Positions 8,389 to 17,971 of a stretch of 64,000 nt of DNA are shown in pieces. The translations under genes and the position numbers were made by a program. The stretch lies in NCBI GenBank assembly GCA_048938105.1, contig JBHLMN010000010.1:96001-160000 (forward strand), given 5' to 3'. The notes under the pieces are model-generated. The model was given only the letters and a program-made list of their open reading frames with translations. It made no database searches and was not told the DNA's origin. Position 1 is the stretch's first letter, and every line of letters begins with the position of its first letter. Source of the stretch: Promethearchaeota archaeon. Lineage in GTDB: Archaea; Asgardarchaeota; Heimdallarchaeia; Hodarchaeales; Hodarchaeaceae.

Positions 8389-9201
8389 CTATTCATCTTC
8401 ACCTTGATTCGACAATGGGCCTTTCCATAAAGTATTCACAGTTTCTTCTTCAGCAAAATGCAGTGATTCAGCGCATACTATCAGAGCTTGAGGAGGCCCA
8501 ATTCGTCTCCAATCTAATGTCGCCACTTCATCAGCAGCACCCGCTGAAACAACTTCTTTTTCAGTTCCAATGCGAGCCAAACCAATCACTAGGTCAGTCT
8601 TTGTGAAAATTGCTTCTTTTCTTTTATCCTCTAATTTTAATAGAATAAAAATTGCTTCATTCACTGTGAGGAATTCTCCAGTGCTTAGGTCAATATCTAG
8701 AAGAACTAGGGTATGAGCTCCAATCTGTTTATTTAGATTGATTACTTCATAAGGAAATTCACTTGGATTATGAGGAAAAGGACAAGTTACAGTCCGACCA
8801 AAACGATACGCGGACAAGCCAGAAACAGATGCTGCAGCTGTTATTATAGAAGAATTGTGGATAATCCGACATTTAAAACCTCGTTGGATTGCAGCTATTC
8901 TGAGAGAGTTATGGGTTGTTGCAATAAATGGATCTCCTGGTATTAAAATGGCTATTGATTTCCCTTCAATTCTTTTTAGAAATAACTGGTCATCATCTTC
9001 TAAATCTCTTCGGCTAAGAATTGTCATTTTTGACTTGATTTGTTCTAAGAGAGGGGGGATTTCTTCAGGGATGAAATTAGTATAATTTTCAATAAACACC
9101 TCATCAATTCTTTTTAAAACATCAAGAGTTTCTAGAGTACAACTCTTGAGTCCTGATAATCCCATACCAATGAAAAAGAGCACTGTTTCAGCTTTACGCA
9201 C
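8389..9201 (-). CDS. dph5: Diphthine synthase
   Basis: LFFIGMGL, ENYT, GDPFIATTH, GLSAYRFGRTVT, HTLVLLDI, PPQALIV, LHFAEEE. Confidence 0.95.
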   Translation of the reverse strand: MRKAETVLFFIGMGLSGLKSCTLETLDVLKRIDEVFIENYTNFIPEEIPPLLEQIKSKMTILSRRDLEDDDQLFLKRIEGKSIAILIPGDPFIATTHNSLRIAAIQRGFKCRIIHNSSIITAAASVSGLSAYRFGRTVTCPFPHNPSEFPYEVINLNKQIGAHTLVLLDIDLSTGEFLTVNEAIFILLKLEDKRKEAIFTKTDLVIGLARIGTEKEVVSAGAADEVATLDWRRIGPPQALIVCAESLHFAEEETVNTLWKGPLSNQGEDE

Positions 9202-9284
9202 TTTTTGTCATCTGTTAAGAAATGTGAATCCATACTGCTATACATTTAGGAATTATTTAACCTTTTTCTGGAAGATAACCATCC

Positions 9285-9782
9285 CTAGAGATTTCCTTCC
9301 CAAATAGAATCACCAAGGTAGTGAATATTATGGATGACCTTTCCTTTTAAGCTAAGTAACTCTGTAGAAGATTTTAAACTCTTTCCAAGTGCCAATACTG
9401 CATCTTGAGGATTAGAAACCACAACAATACTATTGGTTTTGAATTCTTGATTAACAAATGTAATTCCTTGAGCAAAAACGTCTGCACCGTTTAAGATATG
9501 TTGAACTGCTCCCTGATCAACCTTGACTATAGGAAAACCTATATGTGGGTTCTTTCGTATAAACTGTATAGTTGGTAAATACCTATTCTCAAAAAGAAAA
9601 AAACAAACATCGTAGTTTTGATTAAAAAGCAAGCTAGTTAACTTTTCATCATCTTCATAGAGAAATTGTGTGTTTTCTTTCAAGACATCGACTAAGATAT
9701 TTGGTGCGAAAATCGATTTTATAATCTTTTTTCGTAATTTTGATCCAATTTCCTTTTTGATAGGCATGAAATCCCTATCCAA
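9285..9782 (-). CDS. PUA-domain RNA-binding protein (MCT-1/Tma20-like)
   Basis: LPTI...VKVDQGAVQHILNGADVFAQGI...KGKVIHNIHYLGDSIW. Confidence 0.85.
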   Translation of the reverse strand: MDRDFMPIKKEIGSKLRKKIIKSIFAPNILVDVLKENTQFLYEDDEKLTSLLFNQNYDVCFFLFENRYLPTIQFIRKNPHIGFPIVKVDQGAVQHILNGADVFAQGITFVNQEFKTNSIVVVSNPQDAVLALGKSLKSSTELLSLKGKVIHNIHYLGDSIWEGNL

Positions 9783-9792
9783 ACGATATCTT

Positions 9793-11727
9793 CTAGTTGA
9801 AACGTATCGTTTCTAAGTTTGATGGTACATCAACTTTGACATGATATCGTTTTGATAAAGCCTGTGCCAATGATTGAGACTTATTTCGTTGACCATGTAT
9901 TAGGACGACCCTTTCAGGCTTAGGGCTTAATTCTCGGAAAAAATTTATCATCTCACCTCTATCAGAATGACCACTAAACCCGTCAATTTGATGGATTTCC
10001 ATTTTAACGGGAAGCATTTTCATCCTACCATCTTCGATACTACGAATTTCTTTTACCCCAGAGGCTATTCGTCTTCCCAAGGTTCCTTCAGCTTGGAATG
10101 ATACAAACACAATGGAATTATGTGGATCAGTAGCCAACTCTTTAAAATACTCTACAGAATTACCTCCTGTTAACATACCAGAAGTAGCTAAAATAACAAC
10201 TGGTTTCCCGTTTACAATCGATTGTCTCTCACTTTGGTTGTCTACCCGGTGAAAAATTTCACTTAAGAAAGGATTGTGCCCTTCATTGAAGATTTGATCT
10301 TGCAAGTATGATGACAAATATTCTGGGTGACAAGAATGGATTGCCGTTGCTTCAGCTATTAAACCATCCAGGTATATAGGAACATCAACTAACTGATGCT
10401 TTCGATAATAATTTGCTAAAACTACCATTAATTCTTGTGGTCGTCCTATAGCTAGGCTAGGGATCAGAATCTTTCCTCCTCGTTTTACTGTTTGATTAAT
10501 GATTTTGACTAGCTGAATTTCAGCATCACCACGTTTAGGCATATTATCCCTAGGCCCAGCATAAGTAGATTCCATGACAATGGCCTCTAAACGGGGGAAC
10601 TTCGTGTTAGCACGATCTAATAACCGAGACCTTTTACCCTTGAAATCGTTGGCAATAGCGATATTATAGCGCCCATCTCCAACGTGCATATGCATAATTG
10701 AGGATCCAAGTATATGTCCCGCAGGGGTCATAGTTAAGCGAATATCATTACTCAAATCAGTCACCTCCCCATAACGACGTGTGATCGTGTGTAAAATCAT
10801 CCTCTTAATGTCTCTTTGACTGTAAGGAACAAGACGTGACTCTCTCCCCGCCACCTCAATATAATCTTTCTGAAGAAGGGTCATAAGAGATAATGTAGCA
10901 TCATTGGCGTAAACAGGCCCTCTATAGCCCCATTTGAACAAATAGGGTAAGACTCCGCAGTGATCTAGATGAGCATGAGTAATCAATACTGCATCTATAT
11001 CGGCTATATCAAATTCAGGAACATTAAAATACGGAAACATCTGGTTTGGTTCTCGTGATCCCACATTTATGCCACAATCAATTAGAATTTTCGTTTCAGC
11101 TGTTTCCAAAAGCATACAGGACCTTCCAACTTCAGAGAAACCACCTAATCCTGTTAATCTAATGTACTCATCCTCAATAACTTTTGGGCGATGTATTCGC
11201 TTACCAATATTTAGTAATGCTTGTTTGCGTATTTCAGATTTATCAGTAAGCGTTTTTCTAATAGAATTGATTAATTGTGATTGAATTGGAGGAGATCTTA
11301 CGACTCTGGGCCTCCACATGGAATCTCGTGCTATTTCTCGTAGTGTAGTCCCACTCCGTCCGATAACGGCTCCCGGTTTTTTTGCTTCGATAATCACTTC
11401 ACCTAGCTCATCATCGAAGATTACATTAGTTATTTCCGCGTTTTCTGGCACAATTTCCATTATCCGTGCTTTAGCCTCATCCTTAGCCCTACGTACCGAC
11501 ACATCTGACCTGATTACGATTCTTTTTCGCAATGATTTTGCTAAACTCTTGACAATGTCCCCATTTTCCATGAGTACTGTAGGATTCAAAGAATAAATAA
11601 CCACAAATGGCCCTTCAAACACTACCTTGGACACTTGAGCGTCGGGTGGTAATTCGCTTATGAGGTCTGCTTTTAATTGTTCAATAGCTAATTCACGACT
11701 GAACTGTTTTTCCTTTTCTTTTACCAT
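9793..11727 (-). CDS. fttA: Beta-CASP ribonuclease aCPSF1 (FttA, transcription termination factor)
   Basis: Two KH domains (KKPGAVIGRSG), LGGFSEVGRSC, THAHLDHCG, AGHILGS, MESTY, GFSGHSD. Confidence 0.96.
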   Translation of the reverse strand: MVKEKEKQFSRELAIEQLKADLISELPPDAQVSKVVFEGPFVVIYSLNPTVLMENGDIVKSLAKSLRKRIVIRSDVSVRRAKDEAKARIMEIVPENAEITNVIFDDELGEVIIEAKKPGAVIGRSGTTLREIARDSMWRPRVVRSPPIQSQLINSIRKTLTDKSEIRKQALLNIGKRIHRPKVIEDEYIRLTGLGGFSEVGRSCMLLETAETKILIDCGINVGSREPNQMFPYFNVPEFDIADIDAVLITHAHLDHCGVLPYLFKWGYRGPVYANDATLSLMTLLQKDYIEVAGRESRLVPYSQRDIKRMILHTITRRYGEVTDLSNDIRLTMTPAGHILGSSIMHMHVGDGRYNIAIANDFKGKRSRLLDRANTKFPRLEAIVMESTYAGPRDNMPKRGDAEIQLVKIINQTVKRGGKILIPSLAIGRPQELMVVLANYYRKHQLVDVPIYLDGLIAEATAIHSCHPEYLSSYLQDQIFNEGHNPFLSEIFHRVDNQSERQSIVNGKPVVILATSGMLTGGNSVEYFKELATDPHNSIVFVSFQAEGTLGRRIASGVKEIRSIEDGRMKMLPVKMEIHQIDGFSGHSDRGEMINFFRELSPKPERVVLIHGQRNKSQSLAQALSKRYHVKVDVPSNLETIRFN

Positions 11728-12227
11728 TAATTTATACCTCGATGATAAGTAACCTATTTTTTGGAGAATAGTGAACCCCTATGTGAAAACAGCGGAATTT
11801 ATAGAGTACAACTAATAAGTTGTCTTGAATAGATGTCAATATACCCGTTTATAAATATAATATTGATCTTTTTTCATAATTAGGATATATTCATCTTATT
11901 TTTGCTTTTTAATTGGATTTTTATTAATAAAGGTGTGGAGAGTTGAGTAGATACTTTCATTCTACTCTCACATAAGGGAGTTTTCATATTTCTTTTTACA
12001 GTTTGAAATTAGATACTATAATAATGTAATTTTGTGTAGAGAACATAAATCGGAAGTTTGTTGGGATGTAACGGAAAATATCATAAGAATTAGTGCTATT
12101 TAACTTAACTAAATCGAAAGAAGAACTTTTTCTTAGTAAAATTCCCTTGTACACTCCTACACACACAGAGTTTATAAATATTGTGCCAATGTTCCCAAAT
12201 GGGACTGGGTACAAGGACAGCATTGAA

Positions 12228-13319
12228 ATGCCAGGATCAGAAATACTTGAATCGGTAGTACCAAGAACAATTGTAATTGGGAAGTCAACCATTCAGCGTA
12301 TTCCCGATATTATCCAATCACTTGGATTAAAACAGAAAATAATGATTCTTACAGGCCCCCATACTCGGTATGTCGTTGGGGAAGAAATTTATGATGAGGT
12401 AACCAATCAAGGAATGGAAAGTGAGGTCATCATCGTTGAGAACGCAACTGTTGAGGCCGCAAATACATATGCTGATCTTGTGAAACAATATAAACCTAAT
12501 GTTCTAATTTGTGCTGGGGGAGGGAAAAACATTGATGTTGGAAAATATTGTCTCAATAATATTTCTAATAATGTAGAAATGATTTCTGTCCCGACCTCAA
12601 CCTCCCATGATGGTCTTGCTTCTCCTTTCATCTTTTTGAACAATCCTACTGAAACTTTTATTGGTGAATGTCGACCTCCTATTGCTGTGATAGCGGATGT
12701 CGAGAAAATATTAGGTCATCCTGATTTAGTCCGCTATATTGCCGCAGGAGTCGGTGATACAGTTGGGAAAATCACCGCTATCTGGGATTGGAGACATGCT
12801 TGGCGTATAAAATCAGAAAAGTTTTCACGGTTTGTGGGGGGTGTTTTAGAAAATGCGGATACTCTTTTTCAAAGTCAAGTCTCCGAAGCTCTTGTCGACC
12901 CTGAACATGCTATTCAGGTAGTATTAAAAGCCCTTTTAATTGCTGGAGTGTTAATGGGGACATCAAACAACGTTCGAGTTGGTTATGGCTCAGAGCATAT
13001 GTTTTCCGCAGCTTTAGCAGCTCAAACTCCAAATGCTGATATCCTTCATGGAGAACGAATCGCGTTAGGTGCAATCATGATGGCCAAATTACAAGGCCAG
13101 AATCATGAAAAGATAGTGAATATTCTGAAAAATGTTGGTTGTCCAACAAATATTGAAGACTTAAAAGATGATATTCCTCCTGAAGCTATTGTTACAGCAC
13201 TTCACACAGCACATGAAACTAACTCAATGTACACAGTTCTTGGACAATCGGGATTAACGAAAACCGCAGCTTTGAACATTGCTCAAACAACAGGAGTGCT
13301 AAACAAGCTTCATAAGTAA
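12228..13319 (+). CDS. egsA: sn-glycerol-1-phosphate dehydrogenase
   Basis: GGGKNIDVGKY, VPTSTSHDGLASP, PIAVIAD, AGVGD, GSEHMFS, LHGERIALG. The likely start is the ATG at 12228. Confidence 0.85.
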   Translation: MPGSEILESVVPRTIVIGKSTIQRIPDIIQSLGLKQKIMILTGPHTRYVVGEEIYDEVTNQGMESEVIIVENATVEAANTYADLVKQYKPNVLICAGGGKNIDVGKYCLNNISNNVEMISVPTSTSHDGLASPFIFLNNPTETFIGECRPPIAVIADVEKILGHPDLVRYIAAGVGDTVGKITAIWDWRHAWRIKSEKFSRFVGGVLENADTLFQSQVSEALVDPEHAIQVVLKALLIAGVLMGTSNNVRVGYGSEHMFSAALAAQTPNADILHGERIALGAIMMAKLQGQNHEKIVNILKNVGCPTNIEDLKDDIPPEAIVTALHTAHETNSMYTVLGQSGLTKTAALNIAQTTGVLNKLHK

Positions 13320-13406
13320 CATTTAAAATTGATATTTGAGTAGTCTTTTCTAGTTCCTTTTCTAAATATCAAAAATAAATTCTTCACAAAAAGGATAAGA
13401 ACAAAC

Positions 13407-14144
13407 ATGGAATCCTCCTCTGAAAGCCCTGTAATTGGTATTATTACTAGCAGCTTTACAGATGCAGGTCCACAAGTGATTTTTAACTCCACAAAAGACC
13501 ATATAACGGAAGATCAAGCTCTTAACCTTTCAATTCGGATTATGACAGTCATCGGGGAGGAAATCAGTAAGGATTTATATGGTCCTCTCCCTGTCCCTTC
13601 GAATGATGAACTTTTGTGCCTAGCTTATGTGTTTCGGGTAGAATCGACGTTCACTACAGACCCTAGACTGAAAGAACGACCAACAGTGATCAGTATAATA
13701 TTTAAAAGGTCCTTAAAAAGAGAAATGTCTCGTGCACAAGGGATTATTTTATCCTATCTTTCCCAAATGACATCTAAGGATTTTAAAGACGAGAATGACC
13801 TTAAACCAGTAAAAATGGAAGAAATTCATAACCGTCTTTCTGCATTAATTGCCACAAACCCAGTTCGTATCTATATGGTACAAGATGATCGCATTCAGGA
13901 ACACACAGGAACCCTTGATATGCCCACAGACGCATATGTTATTGCTGATATGCAGACAAATATCTTTTACATTATTTTCGAACCTTACATCTCACCATTA
14001 AGAAAACGGCAGGTTGTAATCCTTGTTGACTCTCTTAATGAAAAAACTTACCGGAGACGATTCAATAAACAGATAGTTGACTCTGAAGAAGAAGCTACTC
14101 GTCTTTTAAACTTCTATGGTTTGAAACACAGAAAGCAGCATTAA
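13407..14144 (+). CDS. Hypothetical protein: N-terminal longin/uDENN-like domain + C-terminal gelsolin-like domain
   Basis: N-term IGIITSSFTDAGPQVIF...LYGPLPVP...CLAYVF...DPRL...VISIIF. C-term IYMVQ...DAYVIADMQTNIFYIIFEPYISPLRKRQVV...KQIVDSEEEATRLL. Domain calls are pattern-based. Confidence 0.55.
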   Translation: MESSSESPVIGIITSSFTDAGPQVIFNSTKDHITEDQALNLSIRIMTVIGEEISKDLYGPLPVPSNDELLCLAYVFRVESTFTTDPRLKERPTVISIIFKRSLKREMSRAQGIILSYLSQMTSKDFKDENDLKPVKMEEIHNRLSALIATNPVRIYMVQDDRIQEHTGTLDMPTDAYVIADMQTNIFYIIFEPYISPLRKRQVVILVDSLNEKTYRRRFNKQIVDSEEEATRLLNFYGLKHRKQH

Positions 14145-14158
14145 TAAAGGGAGAGTAG

Positions 14159-14557
14159 TTGATTTTGAAGCTTGAAAGTGCTTATGGAATCGAACTAGAG
14201 AGTCTTAAAGACCTAGTTCGTCTTGTCTCGAGTTCGAGTCCAGATCGTCCCTCCACTATTTTTAAGTGGGACTCGGATAAAAATTCAGATGTATATTATG
14301 GATCTTTTGCAATATTTCCTGGATACTACGAATTTAAAGCCTTACCTGTTCTTTTCTTCGTTGTTCATAAATCCTCGATTGAAGAACAGAACCAATCCTT
14401 GGTACGTTACGATTTACAGGCCAAAAAAGATCAGATCTCATTTTTAAGTCACATAGAAGAGAGAGATCTGGAAAATGTTCACACAGGTTTAGTCCGTTTT
14501 ATCCCTATTGTAAAACTAAAAAAAGCACCAAAGATCTTTTCTGATATGACATTTTAA
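14159..14557 (+). CDS. Conserved archaeal hypothetical protein
   Basis: 132-aa ORF in an operon-like run (14/12-nt gaps), GGAG upstream; motif IELESLKDLVRL...YYEFKALPVLFFV...FIPIVKLK. Confidence 0.7.
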   Translation: MILKLESAYGIELESLKDLVRLVSSSSPDRPSTIFKWDSDKNSDVYYGSFAIFPGYYEFKALPVLFFVVHKSSIEEQNQSLVRYDLQAKKDQISFLSHIEERDLENVHTGLVRFIPIVKLKKAPKIFSDMTF

Positions 14558-14569
14558 GAAGGTCTTTCT

Positions 14570-15364
14570 GTGCTCAAAGAAGGGGACACTGTACGTATAG
14601 TTGAAATTTCTCAGAGACAATCAAAAGCTTGGATAATATCTCTGGTGCAAGATGCAGAACTCTCGACTCACATTGGTAATATCTTTCATAATGACTGTTT
14701 AGGTAAAAACTTTGGGGACATTCTTTCTCTTACCAAAGGAAAAGTAATTATCTCGAGACCCACTCCTCGAGATTACTTACGTTACTTTCGCTTAAAAACC
14801 CAAATTCTTTATGAAGATGATTGTGCTATTGCTTGTAGTCTTGCAGGGGTTGGTTCGGGTATGAATGTTGGGGAAGCAGGGACTGGTTCAGGAGCATTAA
14901 CGGTATTTCTTGCTCATAATGTCCAACCCACTGGACATGTCTTCTCCTATGATATAAATGCCGATTATCTTGCTAATGCTCGGGAAAATTTGGCAAAAAC
15001 CGATTTATCTGATTATATAACGTTTAAACTCCAAGATATTCGTTCACCACTAGAAGAAGGTCAATTAGACGCCTTTTTTTTGGATTTTTCTTCCCCTTAT
15101 GAAGCCATTGATAATATTGCTCCTGTTTTAAATGGTGGTGGACACTTAATCTGCTTTGTTCCTAACTGGGGGCAAGTGGAACAAACGGTTGCTCAAATTA
15201 GGCAATCCCCATATTTTGTTCACCAAGAAACTTTTGAGATAACACGACGGAATTTCATAGTTAATCCAGATAAACATGTAATGAGGCCTGTCTTCCGTGA
15301 TCTGGTTTATTCGGGGATACTTATCCATGCTATTCGTGTAAACCCTAATAAACGAGATGATTAG
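14570..15364 (+). CDS. trmI: tRNA (adenine57/58-N1) methyltransferase
   Basis: STHIG, KTQILYEDD, EAGTGSGALT, GHVFSYD, DAFFLDFSSPYE, FVPNWGQV. Confidence 0.92.
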   Translation: MLKEGDTVRIVEISQRQSKAWIISLVQDAELSTHIGNIFHNDCLGKNFGDILSLTKGKVIISRPTPRDYLRYFRLKTQILYEDDCAIACSLAGVGSGMNVGEAGTGSGALTVFLAHNVQPTGHVFSYDINADYLANARENLAKTDLSDYITFKLQDIRSPLEEGQLDAFFLDFSSPYEAIDNIAPVLNGGGHLICFVPNWGQVEQTVAQIRQSPYFVHQETFEITRRNFIVNPDKHVMRPVFRDLVYSGILIHAIRVNPNKRDD

Positions 15365-16264
15365 ATGATACGAATCCCTAAACACATCTATGAAAAATTC
15401 TTACGTTTTGCTCTTGAGAATGCCAACCCCTTAGACTCACAAGACTGGAAAGAATGCATCGGATTAGTTTTAGGACGAATCACAGAAGATGAGGTTATTG
15501 TAACAGACATTGTCCCCATCGGATCTGGGACTGCAGTTTTTGTTGACATTACGGATTATGAAAAGGTCTTTTCGTTAATTTCACCTAGTAGGATTAACTC
15601 TGGAGAAGTCATTGTAGGATGGGCACACACTCATCCAGGACTTGGTCTCTTTTTATCAGCCACAGATATACGTACACAGCAGATGTATCAGCAGATGCAT
15701 CCAAAAGCATTTGCTCTTGTATTAGATCCCACAAAAATTTCCAAAAATTTCTCTGGATTCAACATCTATCGTCTTGATGAAGTAGGATCTCATCCCACAT
15801 TAGTAGATTATGATTTTGACGAGTATTTTGATTTTTTTGCCAGTCGAGAAACCCTTACCTCTGAATTATATCTAGTTCCAGTACCTGAAGTTCCAACCAT
15901 TATTTCGGAAAAAGAAATATCTTGGAAGGCTATAAGAATTATGCTCAATGGAGATACAGAGATTCCGGTTAATCAACCCTTTGAAGTAAAATTAGAAATT
16001 AATTTACCCTTTCGTCAATTCATTCGTATAGAATATCAAATAGAGATAGATGATATGACTGAGGATCCGTTCTCAATGCAAATGCTTTATAGTAAGACTA
16101 TTTATAACGAAACAATCACTTCAGGCACCCTTAGCATCTTTACTTTTCGTCCCAAAGAGAGAAAATCCACTTATATTCGTATTAAAGGCTTAATTTTATC
16201 AGATTACCGACAAAAACTTGAAAAAATGCCAGATTTATATTTAAAAACTCAAATTAAAGGATAA
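15365..16264 (+). CDS. JAB1/MPN (JAMM) metalloprotease, Rpn11/CSN5-like, with C-terminal beta-rich domain
   Basis: ECIGLVLG ... VGWAHTHPGLGLFLSATDIRTQ ... FALVLDP (intact E...HxH...S..D). Confidence 0.92.
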   Translation: MIRIPKHIYEKFLRFALENANPLDSQDWKECIGLVLGRITEDEVIVTDIVPIGSGTAVFVDITDYEKVFSLISPSRINSGEVIVGWAHTHPGLGLFLSATDIRTQQMYQQMHPKAFALVLDPTKISKNFSGFNIYRLDEVGSHPTLVDYDFDEYFDFFASRETLTSELYLVPVPEVPTIISEKEISWKAIRIMLNGDTEIPVNQPFEVKLEINLPFRQFIRIEYQIEIDDMTEDPFSMQMLYSKTIYNETITSGTLSIFTFRPKERKSTYIRIKGLILSDYRQKLEKMPDLYLKTQIKG

Positions 16265-16273
16265 TGGAGTTAT

Positions 16274-17020
16274 TTATTGGGCAGGTTCACGGTATTTACG
16301 ATCACCATATAATCCGAATATAACTAGTGCTAAGAAAATGAATAAAACACCTATAAATGCATAAATAATTACAACAGGTGGGGTTGGATAGCTTTTTATA
16401 AGGCTGAAAGTTATATTTTGGTGATAAAAACTATCGACTGGTGTTTCATCTCCACGATAAATATGATACTGCACTCGGAACACAAATTTGTAGATCCCAT
16501 ACCTAATTAGATCTAGTGAAGGAACAATTACTACTTCGGATTTAGTAGAATTAGGTTCAAGAATGAATTCAATAAGGTTAAGTTTGGGATCATCTGGATT
16601 ATAATAAAGAGAAAGAACTGCAGTACGATTCAAGGTATCTTTTTCTCCAGAAATCACTCTATAGACATCTACTGCAAAATGGTGGATGACTAGGCTCACT
16701 GAACTTCCAATTACAGTGGAATAGCTAGCATTAATACGAAGGGATGTTTTGTTCACCAATTGTGGTAATGGATATTCCTGAAATTCAGGATTTAATGCCT
16801 CTGAAATTAAATCATCTAGAGGTACAAATCGATTTTGGACCTTTGCTTCGATATTTACCACATCAATAATGAGTAAATCGTTACTAGCATTTACAGTGTT
16901 AGGAGATGATTTAATTGCAACTGGAAAAACAGAGTGTTGTTGACCAAAACCGCTTGAAATGGTAATTATTAACAATAAAATCATAGCTTTTGGAAATAAT
17001 TTTATCATTAGCTGTTTCAA
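16274..17020 (-). CDS. Hypothetical type I membrane protein
   Basis: N-terminal signal-like hydrophobic segment, beta-rich ectodomain, C-terminal TM (VVIIYAFIGVLFIFLALVIFGLY) and short charged tail. Confidence 0.75.
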   Translation of the reverse strand: MKQLMIKLFPKAMILLLIITISSGFGQQHSVFPVAIKSSPNTVNASNDLLIIDVVNIEAKVQNRFVPLDDLISEALNPEFQEYPLPQLVNKTSLRINASYSTVIGSSVSLVIHHFAVDVYRVISGEKDTLNRTAVLSLYYNPDDPKLNLIEFILEPNSTKSEVVIVPSLDLIRYGIYKFVFRVQYHIYRGDETPVDSFYHQNITFSLIKSYPTPPVVIIYAFIGVLFIFLALVIFGLYGDRKYREPAQ

Positions 17021-17214
17021 CCTTGTACATCTAGCTAAAACGCCCTGTTATAAAAATTGGGCATTTGGACATTTATTTCTTAATCAGATATAAGTGTTGA
17101 AGCTGTGATGATTCTTCAATACCTTTTTTAATATTCAATCCCGACATACACCCTTTAAACCCAGTCACTAAGGATTGGTCAGATAAGAAACTAAAAACAA
17201 ATTTCGAGTAAAAA

Positions 17215-17832
17215 TCAGTCTGTAAAAAGTATAGCATGCACTTTATCGCGAATGAAATCTTCACGACGACTTAATCTTGCCTCAATTGTATTAAATACAC
17301 TTAGGGATTCCTTACAAATTATTGCCCCACCTTCATCTAAATCACTCTCTGTTGTCGTTACTTTAAGTGAGGTTTTATTACCACTAGCTTTCATGATTTT
17401 AGATTGTATATCCTTAATATCGATTAATGATACGTCTTCGGGTGTGAGCTTAACGGTTAACTCTCCTCCCTCAAGAGAAACTCCTCCTTGTACAATAAGA
17501 TCAATCAAAGCGGAGCAATATTCTTCAGATTTTTTATCTTTCCATTCCTGGATTCGTTTGAGGCTATTCGCTAATATTTGTTTCAATAACATCTCTTTTA
17601 CATTATTAATCTCAATTTTACTGATTATCCGAAGTCGAGATAATTCACGTTGAGCTTTTTGCTCTTCCTCTTTCTCTATTTCAACTAAAATCTTCTGTGC
17701 TATTCGTTCTGACTCACTTCGCGCTTGATTGAGGATCTTGGTTGCTTCTTCCTTGGCGTTTTGAACAATCTCTTTAGCCTGCTGATTAGCTTCTAGGATT
17801 ATTTCGTTTTCAAAATAGTCAATTTCCGCCAT
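17215..17832 (-). CDS. atpE: A/V-type ATP synthase subunit E
   Basis: N-terminal right-handed coiled coil (IILEANQQAKEIVQNAKEEA), C-terminal GGAII...VFNTIEARL. Confidence 0.9.
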   Translation of the reverse strand: MAEIDYFENEIILEANQQAKEIVQNAKEEATKILNQARSESERIAQKILVEIEKEEEQKAQRELSRLRIISKIEINNVKEMLLKQILANSLKRIQEWKDKKSEEYCSALIDLIVQGGVSLEGGELTVKLTPEDVSLIDIKDIQSKIMKASGNKTSLKVTTTESDLDEGGAIICKESLSVFNTIEARLSRREDFIRDKVHAILFTD

Positions 17833-17971
17833 AATCTTTCCTTTCTATTTTCAAGATGGTTTTTTAAAGTGTTCGTTCCTTCTGAAAGCCCCTACAACAT
17901 TATCAACAATTCATCAGTACTGATGGACTTCAAGTGAGAAACTAAATGAATCTTTTTATGTAGTTCTATAT

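Noticed and set aside
11935-11972. Hairpin GAGTAGA-N9-TCTACTC in the fttA-egsA intergenic region
   Set aside because: A single 7-bp stem with no further support for an ncRNA or riboswitch
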